Below, one piece after another: positions 25,738 through 38,490 of a stretch of DNA of 64,000 nucleotides (positions are counted from its first letter, which is position 1; every line of letters begins with the position of its first letter). The notes below the pieces were generated by a model that ran no database searches, was not told the origin of the DNA, and saw nothing but the letters and a program-made list of their open reading frames with translations. Made by a program: the position numbers and the translations under genes. Source of the stretch: Octopus vulgaris (taxonomy: Eukaryota); assembly GCA_951406725.2 (NCBI GenBank), contig OX597828.1, forward strand, positions 36,022,001 through 36,086,000. Direction: 5' to 3'.

Positions 25738-26453
25738 CTGAAGGAAAAAAAAAACAAAATAGTTAGAAATGGAATATTAAATTAACAAAATTGAGAAGCA
25801 GAAATTAATGAAAAAAAATTCAATTTATAAAATATATTATTCTGAATTCAAATTCCACCATCTGCCTGTTCAATAAAATAAGTACCAGTTGCGTACTGGG
25901 GTTGATGTAATCAACTTACCCACTTCCCCGAAACTGATGGCCTTGTTCCAAAAATCTGAAACTAATATTAGTACAGCACAGCAAGGCAGCAAGCTGACAG
26001 AATCAGCAAACTGGGCCAAGTGTCTAGCAGGATTTTGTCCTTCCTTACATTCTGAGTTCAAATGCCACTGGGGTTGACTTTGCCTTTCATCCCTTCGGAG
26101 TAGGTGTAACTGACTTACCATCTCCCTTGAAATAACTGGCCTCGTGTCAAAGTTTGAAACCAATAGTAGTACAGCACAGGGTAAAATGCCTTGTGGTATT
26201 TATAATATATTTTTGCTTTCTGAGTTCAAATCTCATTGAGAATGATTTTGACTAATTCTTTTTGGATGATCAATATTAAATAAAATGGTAACAGTCAGCA
26301 GCATTGAAAGCATTTCATCAACAGAATTGATCACTTCAGATCCAGCAACAGTGGTTCTCAAGTGGGGTCCACACAAGCCTTAGGAATCCACATAAGATTT
26401 TGTTGTTAACATTTGCTTGCGAAGACCTGTTGAGGCAAGTGAAATCGAAGCAA

Positions 26454-26594
26454 GTGAAATTTCCCCCAAGACACCCAATGAAGGCTGGAGGGTATATCAG
26501 CCGAAACGGTGTGTTAACAACAAACAAGATAAGGACAAATATCTGTCAAATGTAAATAATGTACATAATTCCTCATCTCTTAAATATAGAACTG
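26454..26594 (+). mobile_element. Family E fragment with mutated hammerhead
   Basis: gacac-CCAATGA-aggctgg...cagcc-GAAAC-ggt-gtgtt and tail ending ttaaatatagaactg. Confidence 0.8.
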
Positions 26595-26823
26595 CATGAG
26601 GAGATGTTGTGAGATCAACTCTCAGGACAGAGGACCTCATGAAAGAGATGCCAAATCACTACAAGAAATGATGAATGTTGTGTTGGGACAGCATCAACAA
26701 TTCCAATCCAGCTTGAAGAAAAGAAAAAGATGTAAAAAAAAACCCAAAAAAAAACCAAACAGATGAGGGTCAGAGAAACAAACTGATGGACATGCAGAGA
26801 AATAAGTAACAGAGATGGCTTAC

Positions 26824-27206
26824 GTTTTTTGAGAACCACCTCTAATATATTTGAAAGGGGAAAATGTGGTGTGCCGAGAGGACTGTTATTGAACTGTGAC
26901 TCATCGATGATTCGCTGATGAGGGGCCCCAATGGGTATCCCTCGCAGAGATGACGTCGATGAGGTAGAGGACGACGACGCAGGAGGTAAACTGCAACGGG
27001 GCTGCAACAAGTGTTTCCGGTCAACACTCGCTGTCCCCGAGTAACAGGTGGTGCGACAGCCAGCAGACAGTGGGGTAGTGATAGGTGATGACTGACCATT
27101 GGACGCCAGATCAGTGACGCTGTTTTGAGGCGTGTGCCTTGGCGTAGATACAGGGCTACCTTCTGGCGACTCATATGGCGAACCTGTAGGAGTTTTACCC
27201 CCAGAG
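26824..27206 (-). CDS. PDZD2: PDZD2-like exon F (S/T/P-rich linker and first strand of PDZ-c)
   Basis: tttgtag/gtaagc; 383 nt, SGGKTPTGSPYESPEGSP...SNILEVVLKK; phase 2 to 1. Confidence 0.88.
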
Positions 27207-28100
27207 CTACAAAGAGACAATGATAAACAAATTTAGAAATTTAGAGAAAAACAATGTCGGTGAGGAAACAAAAAAAAGACTAAACAAAGAATATATATAT
27301 ATATATATATTTACTTAAAAAGCATCCAGTTCACACTGTAAAGTGGTCGACATTTGGAAAGGCACCCAGCTGTAAAAGTTATAAAAGTTATGCCAAAATG
27401 ACCTCGCCTGCGCTGGTGCCATGTAAAAAGCACTCCATCCACTCTACAGGGTGGTTGGTATTATGAAGGGCATCCAGCCATAAAAACCTTGCCTGGCCAG
27501 CACCTGTCAACCAATGCAAGCATGGAAGGCAGATGTTAAACGTTGATGATGAAGTGCAGGCAAAGGCTGTGCATTCAAGAAGCTCATTTTGAAATTATGT
27601 AAGTTTTATGAGATAACATGGTATCTTAAATAAGAGTCTTCAATTATAGCCTCAGGACGATTGTCATTTGATATACGGGAACTGTGTGGAAGTCAGTCAA
27701 GGGTGTGTCTTTGAGTGCATATCAGTGTGTGTGTTTGCGTGTATGCATGTGCAAGTATGAGAGTGTGTGTGTGCACGTTTATGTGTGTCCATGATGTACT
27801 TGTGCAAATGCATGTTTGTACGTGTTTATACTGATCTAAAACTTGGACTTGTGTTATGTCTCTTTATGTTTCCTAACTTAGCTGGCTGACCATAAAAACC
27901 AACAAAATAACTACCAGATATATTTGTAGTTAAATACTTTTAAGTGCTTATTCTTTATGTTTCCAAAAAAAAAATAAATAAAATAGAATAGAAATATAAA
28001 ATATTCCACACTCAAGAAAAAATATTACAAATAAAAAAATATTCCACACAATAAAAATACCACTTGTTCCTTGCAAAATTTCAATCCATTGGTAACTTAC

Positions 28101-28236
28101 CTGCTGGACGGAGTAAAAATTCTACATCGAAAAGTTATGCTAACTGGGCCTTTTCCAAGTTGCCGAAATTTCGCAATAGCATCGTGATGTGAAAGACCTT
28201 TCAAGGATTCTCCATTCAATTCAAGAATTTCATCAC
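28101..28236 (-). CDS. PDZD2: PDZD2-like exon E (C-half of PDZ-b)
   Basis: tttatcag/gtaagt; [45 protein letters not shown]; phase 1 to 2. Confidence 0.92.
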
Positions 28237-28698
28237 CTGATAAAGAGAGAAAGGAAAAGAAGGTTAAATGTGAAAGAGGAAGAGGAGGAGGTGGAGGGGG
28301 GGGGCAGAGAAATGAAATTAGCAAAGTGGTGTGTGTGAGTGTTTATAAGAAGGAAGCAGAGTCAATAGATCATTTAATAAGATGCCTTTCAGTATTTGAT
28401 TTGGCTCTCTGCATTCTGTGTTCAAACCCTGTCAAAGTCACCTTGGCTCTTCATCCAGAATTAGTGAATAAAGTCCCAGAGTTCCAGTCTCTCTCTCTCT
28501 CTTTCATATTCACACACACACACACATATACAGTGGGTGTTTATAAATTATCTCACAATTTGTTATCTAGATGTGTTCTGATCAGTCTAAAAAAAAATTT
28601 TGTTCACCAATAAATTTTTCTCAGTTATCCTTATTTTCTTCTTTTTTTTCTGAACTTTTTAATTGTAAAAGTAAATTATAGACATGAGTGTGTGTATG

Positions 28699-28733
<35 letters not shown>

Positions 28734-28736
28734 ACA

Positions 28737-29748
28737 CAGGGTTATTCAAAAAGAATGAACCAATTTCATTACATAATATTTTAATCAGGAAAAGCAATAG
28801 AAAACTCCAGCTAGGTCACAAGTATTCACTCACAATCAACTTTTATTTCCTGTTTTACAAGTGTTCAATGTGGTCACCACCTACAGAACGGGAAGCATCA
28901 ATGAGATTAGAGAATTCCTCCCAGATGCGTATCAACATATCACAATCTACTGAGTTGATCGCTGCTGTTATTCGATGTGTGTGATTGTTTTCTTGTGGGG
29001 ATCTGTAAAAGATTGCGTCTATGTTCTACCGCTACCCGCTAACCTCGATACTCTGAGTGCCTTGTTTCCCTGGGGATGGATTCACTGAAGCTCCGGCGCC
29101 TGGCGATGGACTTGGTAAACACCCACAAAGTTATCAACCACCTCACCAACAACACTGAACACCTTTTTGATCTCCATATGTCCAACACACGTGGACATGC
29201 CTACAAAGTCAGAAAACAGCACAGCTCCCATGACTTTCGGAAACATTTTTTCACACTCAGAGTTGCTGAAGCATGGAACAAACTACCTGCGTCAGTTATT
29301 GACTGCCATGACACTGCATCCTTTAAGGCCCTCATGCTTTCCGAAATCCGCCGAAACTACACCTGATTGTCCATCTTCCATACTCATACACATATGTGTA
29401 TGTCATGACTCATGCACTGTTCTTTTCCTGACGCTTGTACATTACCCTATGTACTATACATACACTTTAGATGAGTTGTAATGCACCTGAGCACTGTACA
29501 CAATGTTTTATTATCATTATTATTATTATTGAATAACAGCAGTGATCAACTCAGAGGATCATCATGATATGCTGATACACGTCATTATTGCATTGATGTT
29601 GCCCATACTGCAGCTGCTGGCCACATTGAACTCATGTAAAACAGGAAATAAAAATTGATTGTTAGTAAAAACTGGAATTTTCTATTGCTTTTCCTTATTA
29701 AAATATTGCATAATGAAATCAGTTCATTCTTTTCGAAATAATCCCGCA
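28737..29748. mobile_element. Foldback/MITE with long inverted arms (about 220-240 bp)
   Basis: 28737-28973 matches the reverse complement of 29531-29748; a CR1 fragment sits at the centre. Confidence 0.75.
28974..29530 (+). mobile_element. CR1-group LINE 3' fragment
   Basis: LKLRRLAMDL...NTRGHAYKVRKQ...RKHFFTLRVAEAWNKLP; (tat)n tail. Confidence 0.85.
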
Positions 29749-30265
29749 TATATAGATCAGTTATGATGTACCGAGAATAGACAAGGGAGATAACTCAACA
29801 GCTTTTCCTTCTCCAGTAACTGAGAAGGGTTGGCCGCAGGGTTAGGAGCATTTTTCTCTTATTAAAACTGTGTTGCCATTGGAACTATTCAACATGGACG
29901 AATGTGCAATACAGCATGGATGGACCAGAAAAGAAGGGTGCATGTGTGTGAGTGAATGAGAGTGTGTGTGTATGGTGAGAGAGAGAGAGAGTCTTCCTAA
30001 ACTTCATCATACACCATGCAACAACAACGAATCAATGAGCAAGCCTCTACAAGGAACCTCAACCTGTTAGAGATGGCAGCCAAATATCACTTAATTCAAA
30101 GGACGATCACAAAGTAAAGTATTCCGGGACTAATTACACCTGAATAAAAATATGGAATGACCATGGAACATCCTTGATCATAAATCTGCTCAGTTAGGGC
30201 TCATCTGGAGCTAAACAACAACAGCCACCACAACAACTACTACTACTACTACTGATATGACTTAC

Positions 30266-30479
30266 CTTCCCGTAGTCTCCCATCTTCTGCTATCAAACCA
30301 TCAGGCAATATACGCCGAACGTAGATACCCATTTTTCCCCGAGGCGTATCTTTCCCTCCGACAATACTGAAACGCAGACCTTTTCCACAAGCTCCCTTAT
30401 TGACTACAATTGTTTGGGGAGGACCAAATTTCATCGTGTGACCTGAGTAATAAGTGTCTAATCCGATTTTGTTGAATTT
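30266..30479 (-). CDS. PDZD2: PDZD2-like exon D (N-half of PDZ-b)
   Basis: gtttcag/gtaagt; [71 protein letters not shown]; phase 0 to 1. Confidence 0.92.
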
Positions 30480-30666
30480 CTGAAACAGAAGTAAAAAGGT
30501 ATTTTATATATATATATATATATAAACACATATAAATACATACTGCAATAAAAATAAAAAAGAAACCATTCTAAACTTCGTGTTAATAAGAGATAGAATT
30601 CCAGGAATCAATTTAAGATGATATCCATAAGGACATAGATTATATGTATGTGTGTGTGTATGTATG

Positions 30667-30698
<32 letters not shown>

Positions 30699-31084
30699 AT
30701 GGATTCTCCCGTCACTAAACGACATATGAGGACTTGACAATTTCTTGCCGAACAACCACACAGATGATTTGTTTATAGTGATCAAATGTTTGTGTAGACA
30801 TCAGCTCACTCCCTCCATCAAATCAACATTACCTGTACAGGTGCAACTAGATACCAAATGTCAGATGTCGAAATGATCGCTGAGAAATGTGAAATGAAGT
30901 GCTTTGCTCAAGAACACAACACAAAGCCCGGTCTGGTAATTGAAATCACAATCTTGCAATCATGAAGGCAACACCCTAACTACTAAGCTATGCGCCTTAT
31001 ATAAAATATATAATATTAATAATAAAGAGTATGGAGACTTGTACACCCACAAAATTTATTTTATAGATATTTTATAGATATATA

Positions 31085-31237
31085 GGCGCAGGAGTGGCTG
31101 TGTGGTAAGTAGCTTGCTTGCCAATCACATGGTTCAGTTCCACTGCGTGGCACCTTGGGCAAGTGTCTTCTACTATAGCCTCGGGCCAACCAAAGCCTTG
31201 TGAGTGGATTTGGTAGATGGAAACTGAAAGAAGCCCG

Positions 31238-31280
<43 letters not shown>

Positions 31281-31487
31281 TGTGTGTGTTTGTTTGTGCC
31301 CCCAACATCGCTTGACAACCAATGCTGGTGTTTACGTCCCCGTAACTTAGCGGTTTAGCAAAAGAGATTGATAGAATAAGTATTAGGCTTACAAAGAATA
31401 AGTCCTGGGGTCGATTAGCTCGACTAAAGGCAGTGCTCCAGCATGGCTGCAGTCAAATGACTGAAACAGGTAAAAGAGTAAAGAGTA
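31085..31487 (+). mobile_element. tRNA-headed CORE-like SINE family A with internal microsatellite
   Basis: ggcgcaggagtggctgtgtggtaag...ccttgggcaagt...(TA)n...aaacaggtaaaagag; further copies at 48596-48938(+), 53944-54817(-), 58849-59219(+), 62550-62925(-), 63610-63925(+), and partials at 736-905, 3300-3505, 5950-6150, 6712-6860, 40573-41150, 44965-45690. Confidence 0.85.
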
Positions 31488-31675
31488 TCCAACATATTAT
31501 AATGACCTACACATATTTCTGCTGTTGCAACTACTCACTGCTGCAAATGCAACCTTGCAATATTGTCGGTGCAGCTTCGTCAAGGTCCGTCCGTTTGGTC
31601 ATCCCTGAAGTGGACTGACTGTATCCCTCCAAACTCATGTACACACATATATATATATACATACATATATATGCA

Positions 31676-31712
<37 letters not shown>

Positions 31713-33325
31713 CATGGCACGCCATTGGTTACAGCCTGCTTGTGAAATTAATGTGCAAGTGGCTGAGCTCTCCACAGACACATGCACCCTTAACGTAGTT
31801 CTCGGGGAGATTCAGCATGACACAAAATGTGACAAGGCTGGCGCTTTGAAATACAGGTACAACGGAAACAGGAAGAAAGAGTGAGAGAAAGTTGTGGTGA
31901 AAGAGTACAGCAGGTTTTGCCCCCACCTCCAGCCAGAGCATCGTGGAGCTTTAGGCATTTACGCTCAATAAACACTCACAATGCTCGGTCTGAGAATTGA
32001 AACCACGATCCTATGACAGCGAGTCCGCAGCTCTAACCAGTGGGCCATTGTGCCTCCACACACACATACAAACCAAAACCTGGCATAGGAAGGCGTACCC
32101 CACCACCAGAGAAACATAAAATGTGGTGCAACAAAAGCAAAAGGTAAGGATCCAACTCGAGAGAAGCAGACAAGATAGCCCATGGGGAGTGAAGGGCTTG
32201 AAATATATACACGAATGTTGGGCCTCGTGGAGGCAATGACAAATGACCGAGACCATTTGGTAATATGCTATGTTTGAGAAGAAAACGTATCAAGCCAAGC
32301 AAAATTGTAGTTGGTGTCACACAAACGCCACCCTTGCTGGTGGCACGTAATAGCACCCATTACACACTTGGAGTGGTTGGCATCCAGCTGTAGAAAGCAT
32401 GCCAAATCAGACAGGAGTCGGGTGCAGCCCCTCAGTTTACCAGCACTGGTCAAACTGTCCATGCCAGCATGGACAACAGATGTTAAAAGATGATGATGAT
32501 GATGATGGGTGCTGAAAAGTTCCTGGCTTTTGGTAAAAGAAAATACTGGAATATCAGTTAATTATGATTTTATTCAACATGTTCCCCTCTTAGATTCACA
32601 CATTTGCTGCAGTGGTCCTTCAGTTTTTCTAAGCCCTGTAAAAGAACTGGGAAGCTTGGGCCTGCAACTAGGCCTCTTGCAATACCCTTAAGGCCAGGAA
32701 CTTCTATATATATTGTATGTATAGTTGTAATAATGAAGTCAAACCAGTGATATTTTGGAATCATTTAATATGTATGTTTCGGGTTTACGCAAACCTGAAA
32801 TGCACATATCATACTGGATGGCAGTGTGAACTAGCCGGTCATAGCTCCATCTATGCAGATATGCTAAAAATGATTTGGAGTGGTCATGTCAGATCCAACA
32901 ATATAAGAGTGGACCAGCCAATTGGCCCAACAAAGACAGCTAACAACAGTAAAAAAAGTGCCAGCAAAAATATTTTTACATGTTAATGCTTACCAACCAC
33001 ATGGCTCCAGGTTCAGTCCCACTGCATATGTGTGTGAGTTTGTGTGTGTGTGTGTGTTTGGGTTTCCTTGTCTTGACTTTGCGTGATAATTGTAAATGAG
33101 TGTCACTGTTGCAGAAGCAGTATCATACATTTCCAATAGAAATTGAGGGTTGGCAACAGGAAGAGCACCCAGCCACAGAAAAATCTGCCTCAATAAAATT
33201 CATCCAACCCATGCAAGCATCAAAAAGTGGATGTTATAACAATGATAATGAAGATAATGTATGGCCATAGATTGTTTATAGAGCTGCCGTACAGCTGTAA
33301 TATTTGATAGATTCAAAATACTTAC

Positions 33326-33484
33326 CTCAAATATCTCTTCCCACTTCATGATGCTACCAGACGGAGTCTGGGCCACCACCTCGGGTAACTGTGCTGCCGA
33401 TGAATAAGAGCCATCATGCCCATCATAAGACATATAAGAGATTGCGGAAGATGCCGTTGATGCTATTGAAGCAGACTTACGAAG
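33326..33484 (-). CDS. PDZD2: PDZD2-like exon C (linker)
   Basis: ttgtag/gtaagt; 159 nt open frame LRKSASIASTASSAISYMSYDGHDGSYSSAAQLPEVVAQTPSGSIMKWEEIFE; phase 0 to 0. Confidence 0.85.
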
Positions 33485-35084
33485 CTACAACGAGATGACA
33501 CAAAGATAAGCAATATATAATAGATATAAAAGCATGCATATACACGAAATATCTTATAATAACTGGCACTACGTCAGTTACGACAATGAGGGTTCCAGTT
33601 GGTCCGATCAACAGAAGAGCCTGCTTGTGATATTAACATGCAAGTGGCTGAGTACACCAAAGACACGTGCACCCTTAATGTAGTTCTCAGGGTGATTCTG
33701 CATGACACAGATTGTGACAACGCTGACCCTTTGAAATAGAAGTACTACTCATTTTTGCCAGTTGAATGGACTGAGGCAATATGAAATAAAGTGTCTTGCT
33801 CAAGGACACAACATGCTGTCAGGAATTGAACCCATGATCTTACAATTGCAAGCTGAATACTTTAACCACTAAGCCACATGCCTTCATAATATATTATAAT
33901 ATATTCAAACACGCTCACATATATAATCAGATGCAAAACAACATTTATATCATTTAAAAGACGCCCAACTTTACTCTCTTCATAATCTTCAACAAATTCA
34001 GTTTACATAAATGACAACATAAATGACAGTGTACGAGACACACATACATGCATGTATGCAAACTCTCACACACTCACAAACACACACACACACACACACA
34101 CACACTCATAAACAAATATGTATGCAATTAGATAAACATTGGTTCCATGCAGAATGTGGCCAAATGAATACATTTGAAGACTATATAATATACCGCTTCT
34201 CCTCATGCAACACATTCATATTATCCATATAATCAAACACACATACATACAGTCATACATAGTTACATGCACACACACACATGCACATATGCATACACAC
34301 ATATATACAAACATACATAGATACGTGCACACACATACATATATCACATATTACATATATATATATATATACACTCACACACACACACCAATACACATAT
34401 CTGTACACATACACACACATGCATATATGTATTATTTATATATATCATCATTGTTTAACATCCGTCTTCCATATATACACACACACACATATATATACAC
34501 ACATACATATACACCCACATACACAAACATCTATGATGTCATTTAAAGCTATAGCATTCATTTTACACTGCAATGTTGAAGTTCATTTTTAATCAAAATG
34601 GCGTTTCAATAATTCAAAGCATGTCACACACACACACACACACAAGCATGCACAGATGTGTGTGCCATTACAAGCCAGTTGTATATTCAAAGTGTTTCCA
34701 CCAATCTATAAATGCACTTAGACAAGTTTCCTGTTTAATCTCATATTCTTTATTTACTTTCTGTCTATTTGTAAACAATATAATCAATGTGCTTTTTAAA
34801 ACTAGGTGATACACACACAATCACACATACACACACACATATATGGGTGTGTATTTTGGTTTCAAATTTTGGAGACGGGCTAAGTCAATTTACTTTAACT
34901 CCAGTGTTCAACTGGTACTTATTCTATCGAACCCTGAAAAGGATGAAAGATAAAGTTGACCACAACAGAATTTGAACTCAGAACATAAAGACAGACAAAA
35001 TGCTGCTAAGCATTTTTGTCAGTGTGCTAACGATTCTGCCAGCTCACCACCTTTATAAATGCGTGTTTCTGTGTGTGTGTATAC

Positions 35085-35495
35085 ATAGAGTCCAGAAGCT
35101 GACTACCCACATGGTTCTTGGTCTCAAGAATTTGTCTTATGAAGAAAGGCTGAAGACGCTCGACCTTTATTCTCTAGAAAAACGACGACGCCGTGGTGAA
35201 AGAGCTGTTCTTCACTCCTGCTGCAGAGCGTCGGCTGCGGGGTCATTCCGAAAAGCTCTATCTGCAACGATTTCATCTCAATCGAGGGAGAGGGGCTTTC
35301 TCCGTCCGGGTTGCGGATCCGTGGAATAAGCTGCCGGACGAGATGGTGAAGATGCCGACGACCGCTCAGTTCAAAGTCTCCCTTGACCACAAGTGGCCTG
35401 AACTCTTTACATGAACACCACCCTGTACATAACCCCATGTCTCCCTACATGGCCTTGCTTTTTGAGTCAAAAAATTAACTAACTAACTAACTAAC
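35085..35495 (+). mobile_element. CR1-group LINE 3' fragment; second copy at 40205-40440
   Basis: LSYEERLKTLDLYSLEKRRRRG...RGHSEKL...FSVRVADPWNKLP; (taac)n tail. Confidence 0.85.
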
Positions 35496-35978
35496 ATATA
35501 TATATGTAGCCGCCCTACCTAATGAAGCTGCATCAACAGAATTGCCGCCTCTTACGAACAGAGCAGGATTGCAGGGGCAAAGAGAAAACATTAACTGCAC
35601 ATGTCCAGAGCCAAATGCTAGCATTCAATTTCTGCAGACCACCAGAGCCTGACCTGTGGCAGAACTTTCAGAGCACACAACAGACTGGTCTACCACAGCC
35701 TGACTCACTGTGCCCAGCCTTTTCCCATGTGATGTCTTTGGTCATTGTCAACAACGACGGATGACCAGTGACATGAAATGACGAAGATAGATATGACTGT
35801 AATTAGGGTAGCATTAATTCTCTAGTTTGTTCAATTTTTTTCAACTGATCAATAGACTGATTGATTAAAACAGTCAATGATTGAACCTATAACAACTAGC
35901 AGAAACAACAGTAAGTCAAATTTCTTATGATAAAGGAAAATGTAGTGACCATTATTTATATTTTGTCTTATATATATA

Positions 35979-36011
<33 letters not shown>

Positions 36012-36064
36012 CTTTTTTTTACTAACTTTATAGATATGTATCTATATCTATATAAATATACCTC

Positions 36065-36096
<32 letters not shown>

Positions 36097-36254
36097 CATG
36101 TGTGTGTATATATATTGAAACATCTGTTACTGAACATTAAAGGCATTTAATATTGAACATTTTGTGGAAATACCATTCAAGCCGATAATAACAATGAAAG
36201 CACAGGTAATAGGAAAGGTGGGTGGGGAGAATGTTCTAGAATGTCGGTTCTTAC

Positions 36255-36387
36255 CTTTGATGCAACGACAAGCTGCACCACCTGGGAAGTATTACGTAAA
36301 ACGTTTACTGCTTCCTGGTGAGTAAGGCCAATAAGGCTGGATCCATTGATCATGAGAAGCTCATCCCCACGTTTTAGCCGGCCATCT
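36255..36387 (-). CDS. PDZD2: PDZD2-like exon B (C-half of PDZ-a)
   Basis: tttcag/gtaag; (K)DGRLKRGDELLMINGSSLIGLTHQEAVNVLRNTSQVVQLVVASK; phase 2 to 0, in frame with exon A. Confidence 0.92.
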
Positions 36388-37028
36388 CTGAAAAATAAAG
36401 ACAAAAATAAAGATCTGTGTTGGAGACAATTGATTCAAACCAAGCTGTTATCTAATGATTGTCTTAATTAATCTCACAATTAAATCTGGTGCCTTTCGAA
36501 AAGGTAGAAGAGCTAATTTTTGTGCAAGAAGGTTATATATATATAAAAAAAAAAAAGATCCCATCAACTTTAAACGGAGTCTGGATAGATTCCTTCAAAG
36601 AATACCAGATAAGTCACCCATAATTGGATACAACTCACCCAACAAGAACTCATTACTTGAATAAAACTTGACTTAAACAGGATTCGAATAATCCTATCAG
36701 GTGGTGCTATTAAGTTAGACATGGCCTGGACCAATCTTTGGTCGAAACATATTTAAGTTATCTAAGTTATATAGTCAACTGAACTGCATCCCAACTTATT
36801 ACTGCTATGTGTAACCATATTTTCCAGCATACAAGCCAATGTAGTATACAGTATAAATATATGAAGTAAACAGGCAAACATCATCACTGTCTTTCCAAAT
36901 CCTGCTGTATTTCACATGGAATTTTTGGTCCTCCAAAATCGTCCTTTGATTTTAGCTGTAAATTTTGGTTTGAAGCCAGAAAATATGGTATATAAAACCT
37001 TGTAGGAAGGAAAAGTAAATTAGGACTT

Positions 37029-37255
37029 TAACTCTTTGGTGTTCAAATTAATATATCAAAAGTAATCCTTATTCATTTACATTTTTAAAAATTTATCTGA
37101 TATTATCTTGTAGCTTCAAGATTTGAAAGATGTAATTGTTTATTTTTAGAATGACATTGCAGGGTAGGTGTGAGATACTGGTTCTGGCCAGTTTGAGCAT
37201 AAAATGTGCAGAATATTTGGGCCGGATATAGCCGGTTTAAACACTAAAGGGTTAA
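37029..37255. mobile_element. TTAA-flanked (piggyBac-like) MITE
   Basis: ttaactcttt...aaagggttaa ends; related copies at about 23830-23987, 57667-57876, 58425-58622, 60659-60870. Confidence 0.6.
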
Positions 37256-37323
37256 AGTAAGACTTAATAGATAAAAAGTGAATTTCTAAAGACATAAATA
37301 TAAAAGAACCTCCTTGTTATATA

Positions 37324-37530
37324 CAGGATGGCCCCAAAGTAGGTTTACAGTTATCACATAGGCACTTTAAATTCCTATCTCACAAACTGAAAAGGGAGCT
37401 TGACAAAATTAACTAAATTGGGAAAGAATAATGGTGTCATATTATTTTATAATTAAGATCTAAACTGTTAGTATATGAATGCAAAAAAAGATAGCTGAAT
37501 AACCCTAAACCTACATTGGGGCCACTACAT
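37324..37530. mobile_element. Tc1/mariner-type MITE
   Basis: TA-caggatggccccaaagtaggttta ... taaacctacattggggccactaca-TA imperfect TIRs. Confidence 0.55.
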
Positions 37531-37809
37531 ATGCTGTTAATAAGGTTGATAGAATAAGTACCATCATCATCATCATTTAACATCAGCTTTCCATGCTGGC
37601 ATGAGTTGGACGGTTTGACAGGAGCTGGCTAGGCAGAAGATTGCTCCAGGCTTCAGTATTTGTTTTGGTATTATTGAAATTCATTCAGTCATTTATGCCT
37701 ATTCACTCACTAATTAACGGTAGTGTGCTAATATCAGAAATCATTACATTTTATCTTTCATCTGTTTCAGTCCCATTTGAGTGCTTGACTAGTCCCTCCC
37801 CACAAAATT

Positions 37810-38490
37810 CCATGTAGTGAGTGTGCGATAGATGAACCATGATGGGTGAACCGTGATGTAGAGTGCACAACAGTTTGAACCGTGATGTAGAGTGCACGAC
37901 AGGTGGACAATGATGTACTGAGTGCATGACAGGTGAACCGCAATGTAGAGTGTGTGTGAGGTGAACCGTGATGTACTGAGTGAGTGATAGGTGAACCACG
38001 ATGTAGAGTGCGCGATAGGTGAACCGTGATGTAGAGTACACGACAGGTGAACCGCGATGTAGAGTGTGCGAGAGGTGAACCGTGATGTAGAGTGCATGAC
38101 AGGTGAACTGTGATGTAGAGTGCGTGATAGGTGAACTGTGATGTACTGAGTGTGCAATAGGTGAACTGTGATGTAGAGTGCGCGAGAGGCAAACCTTGAT
38201 GTAGAGTGCGCGACAGGTGAGCCACGATGTACTGAGTGCACGACAGGTGAACCACAATGTAGAGTGTGCGAGAGGTGAACCGTGATGTACTGAGTGAGCA
38301 ATTGGTGAACCGCGATGTAGAGTGCACAACAGGTGAACCACGATGTACTGAGTGTGCGACAGATGAACTGTGATGTAGAGTGCGCTAGAGGCAAACCGTG
38401 ATGTACTGAGTGTGCGATAGATGAACCATGATGTAGAGTGCATGACAGGTGAACCACAGTGTACTGAGTGTGCGACAGGTGAACCACAAT
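37810..38490. repeat. Minisatellite of 28-bp and 30-bp units (over 20 copies)
   Basis: aggtgaaccgtgatgtagagtgcgcgac and variant aggtgaaccgtgatgtactgagtgtgcgat. Confidence 0.95.

Noticed and set aside
31539-31635. Possible extra exon with gtgagt donor between exons C and D
   Set aside because: No convincing acceptor; C and D already join in phase.
37810-38490. CRISPR-like periodicity (also 50610-51150)
   Set aside because: No unique spacers, eukaryotic context, no cas genes.
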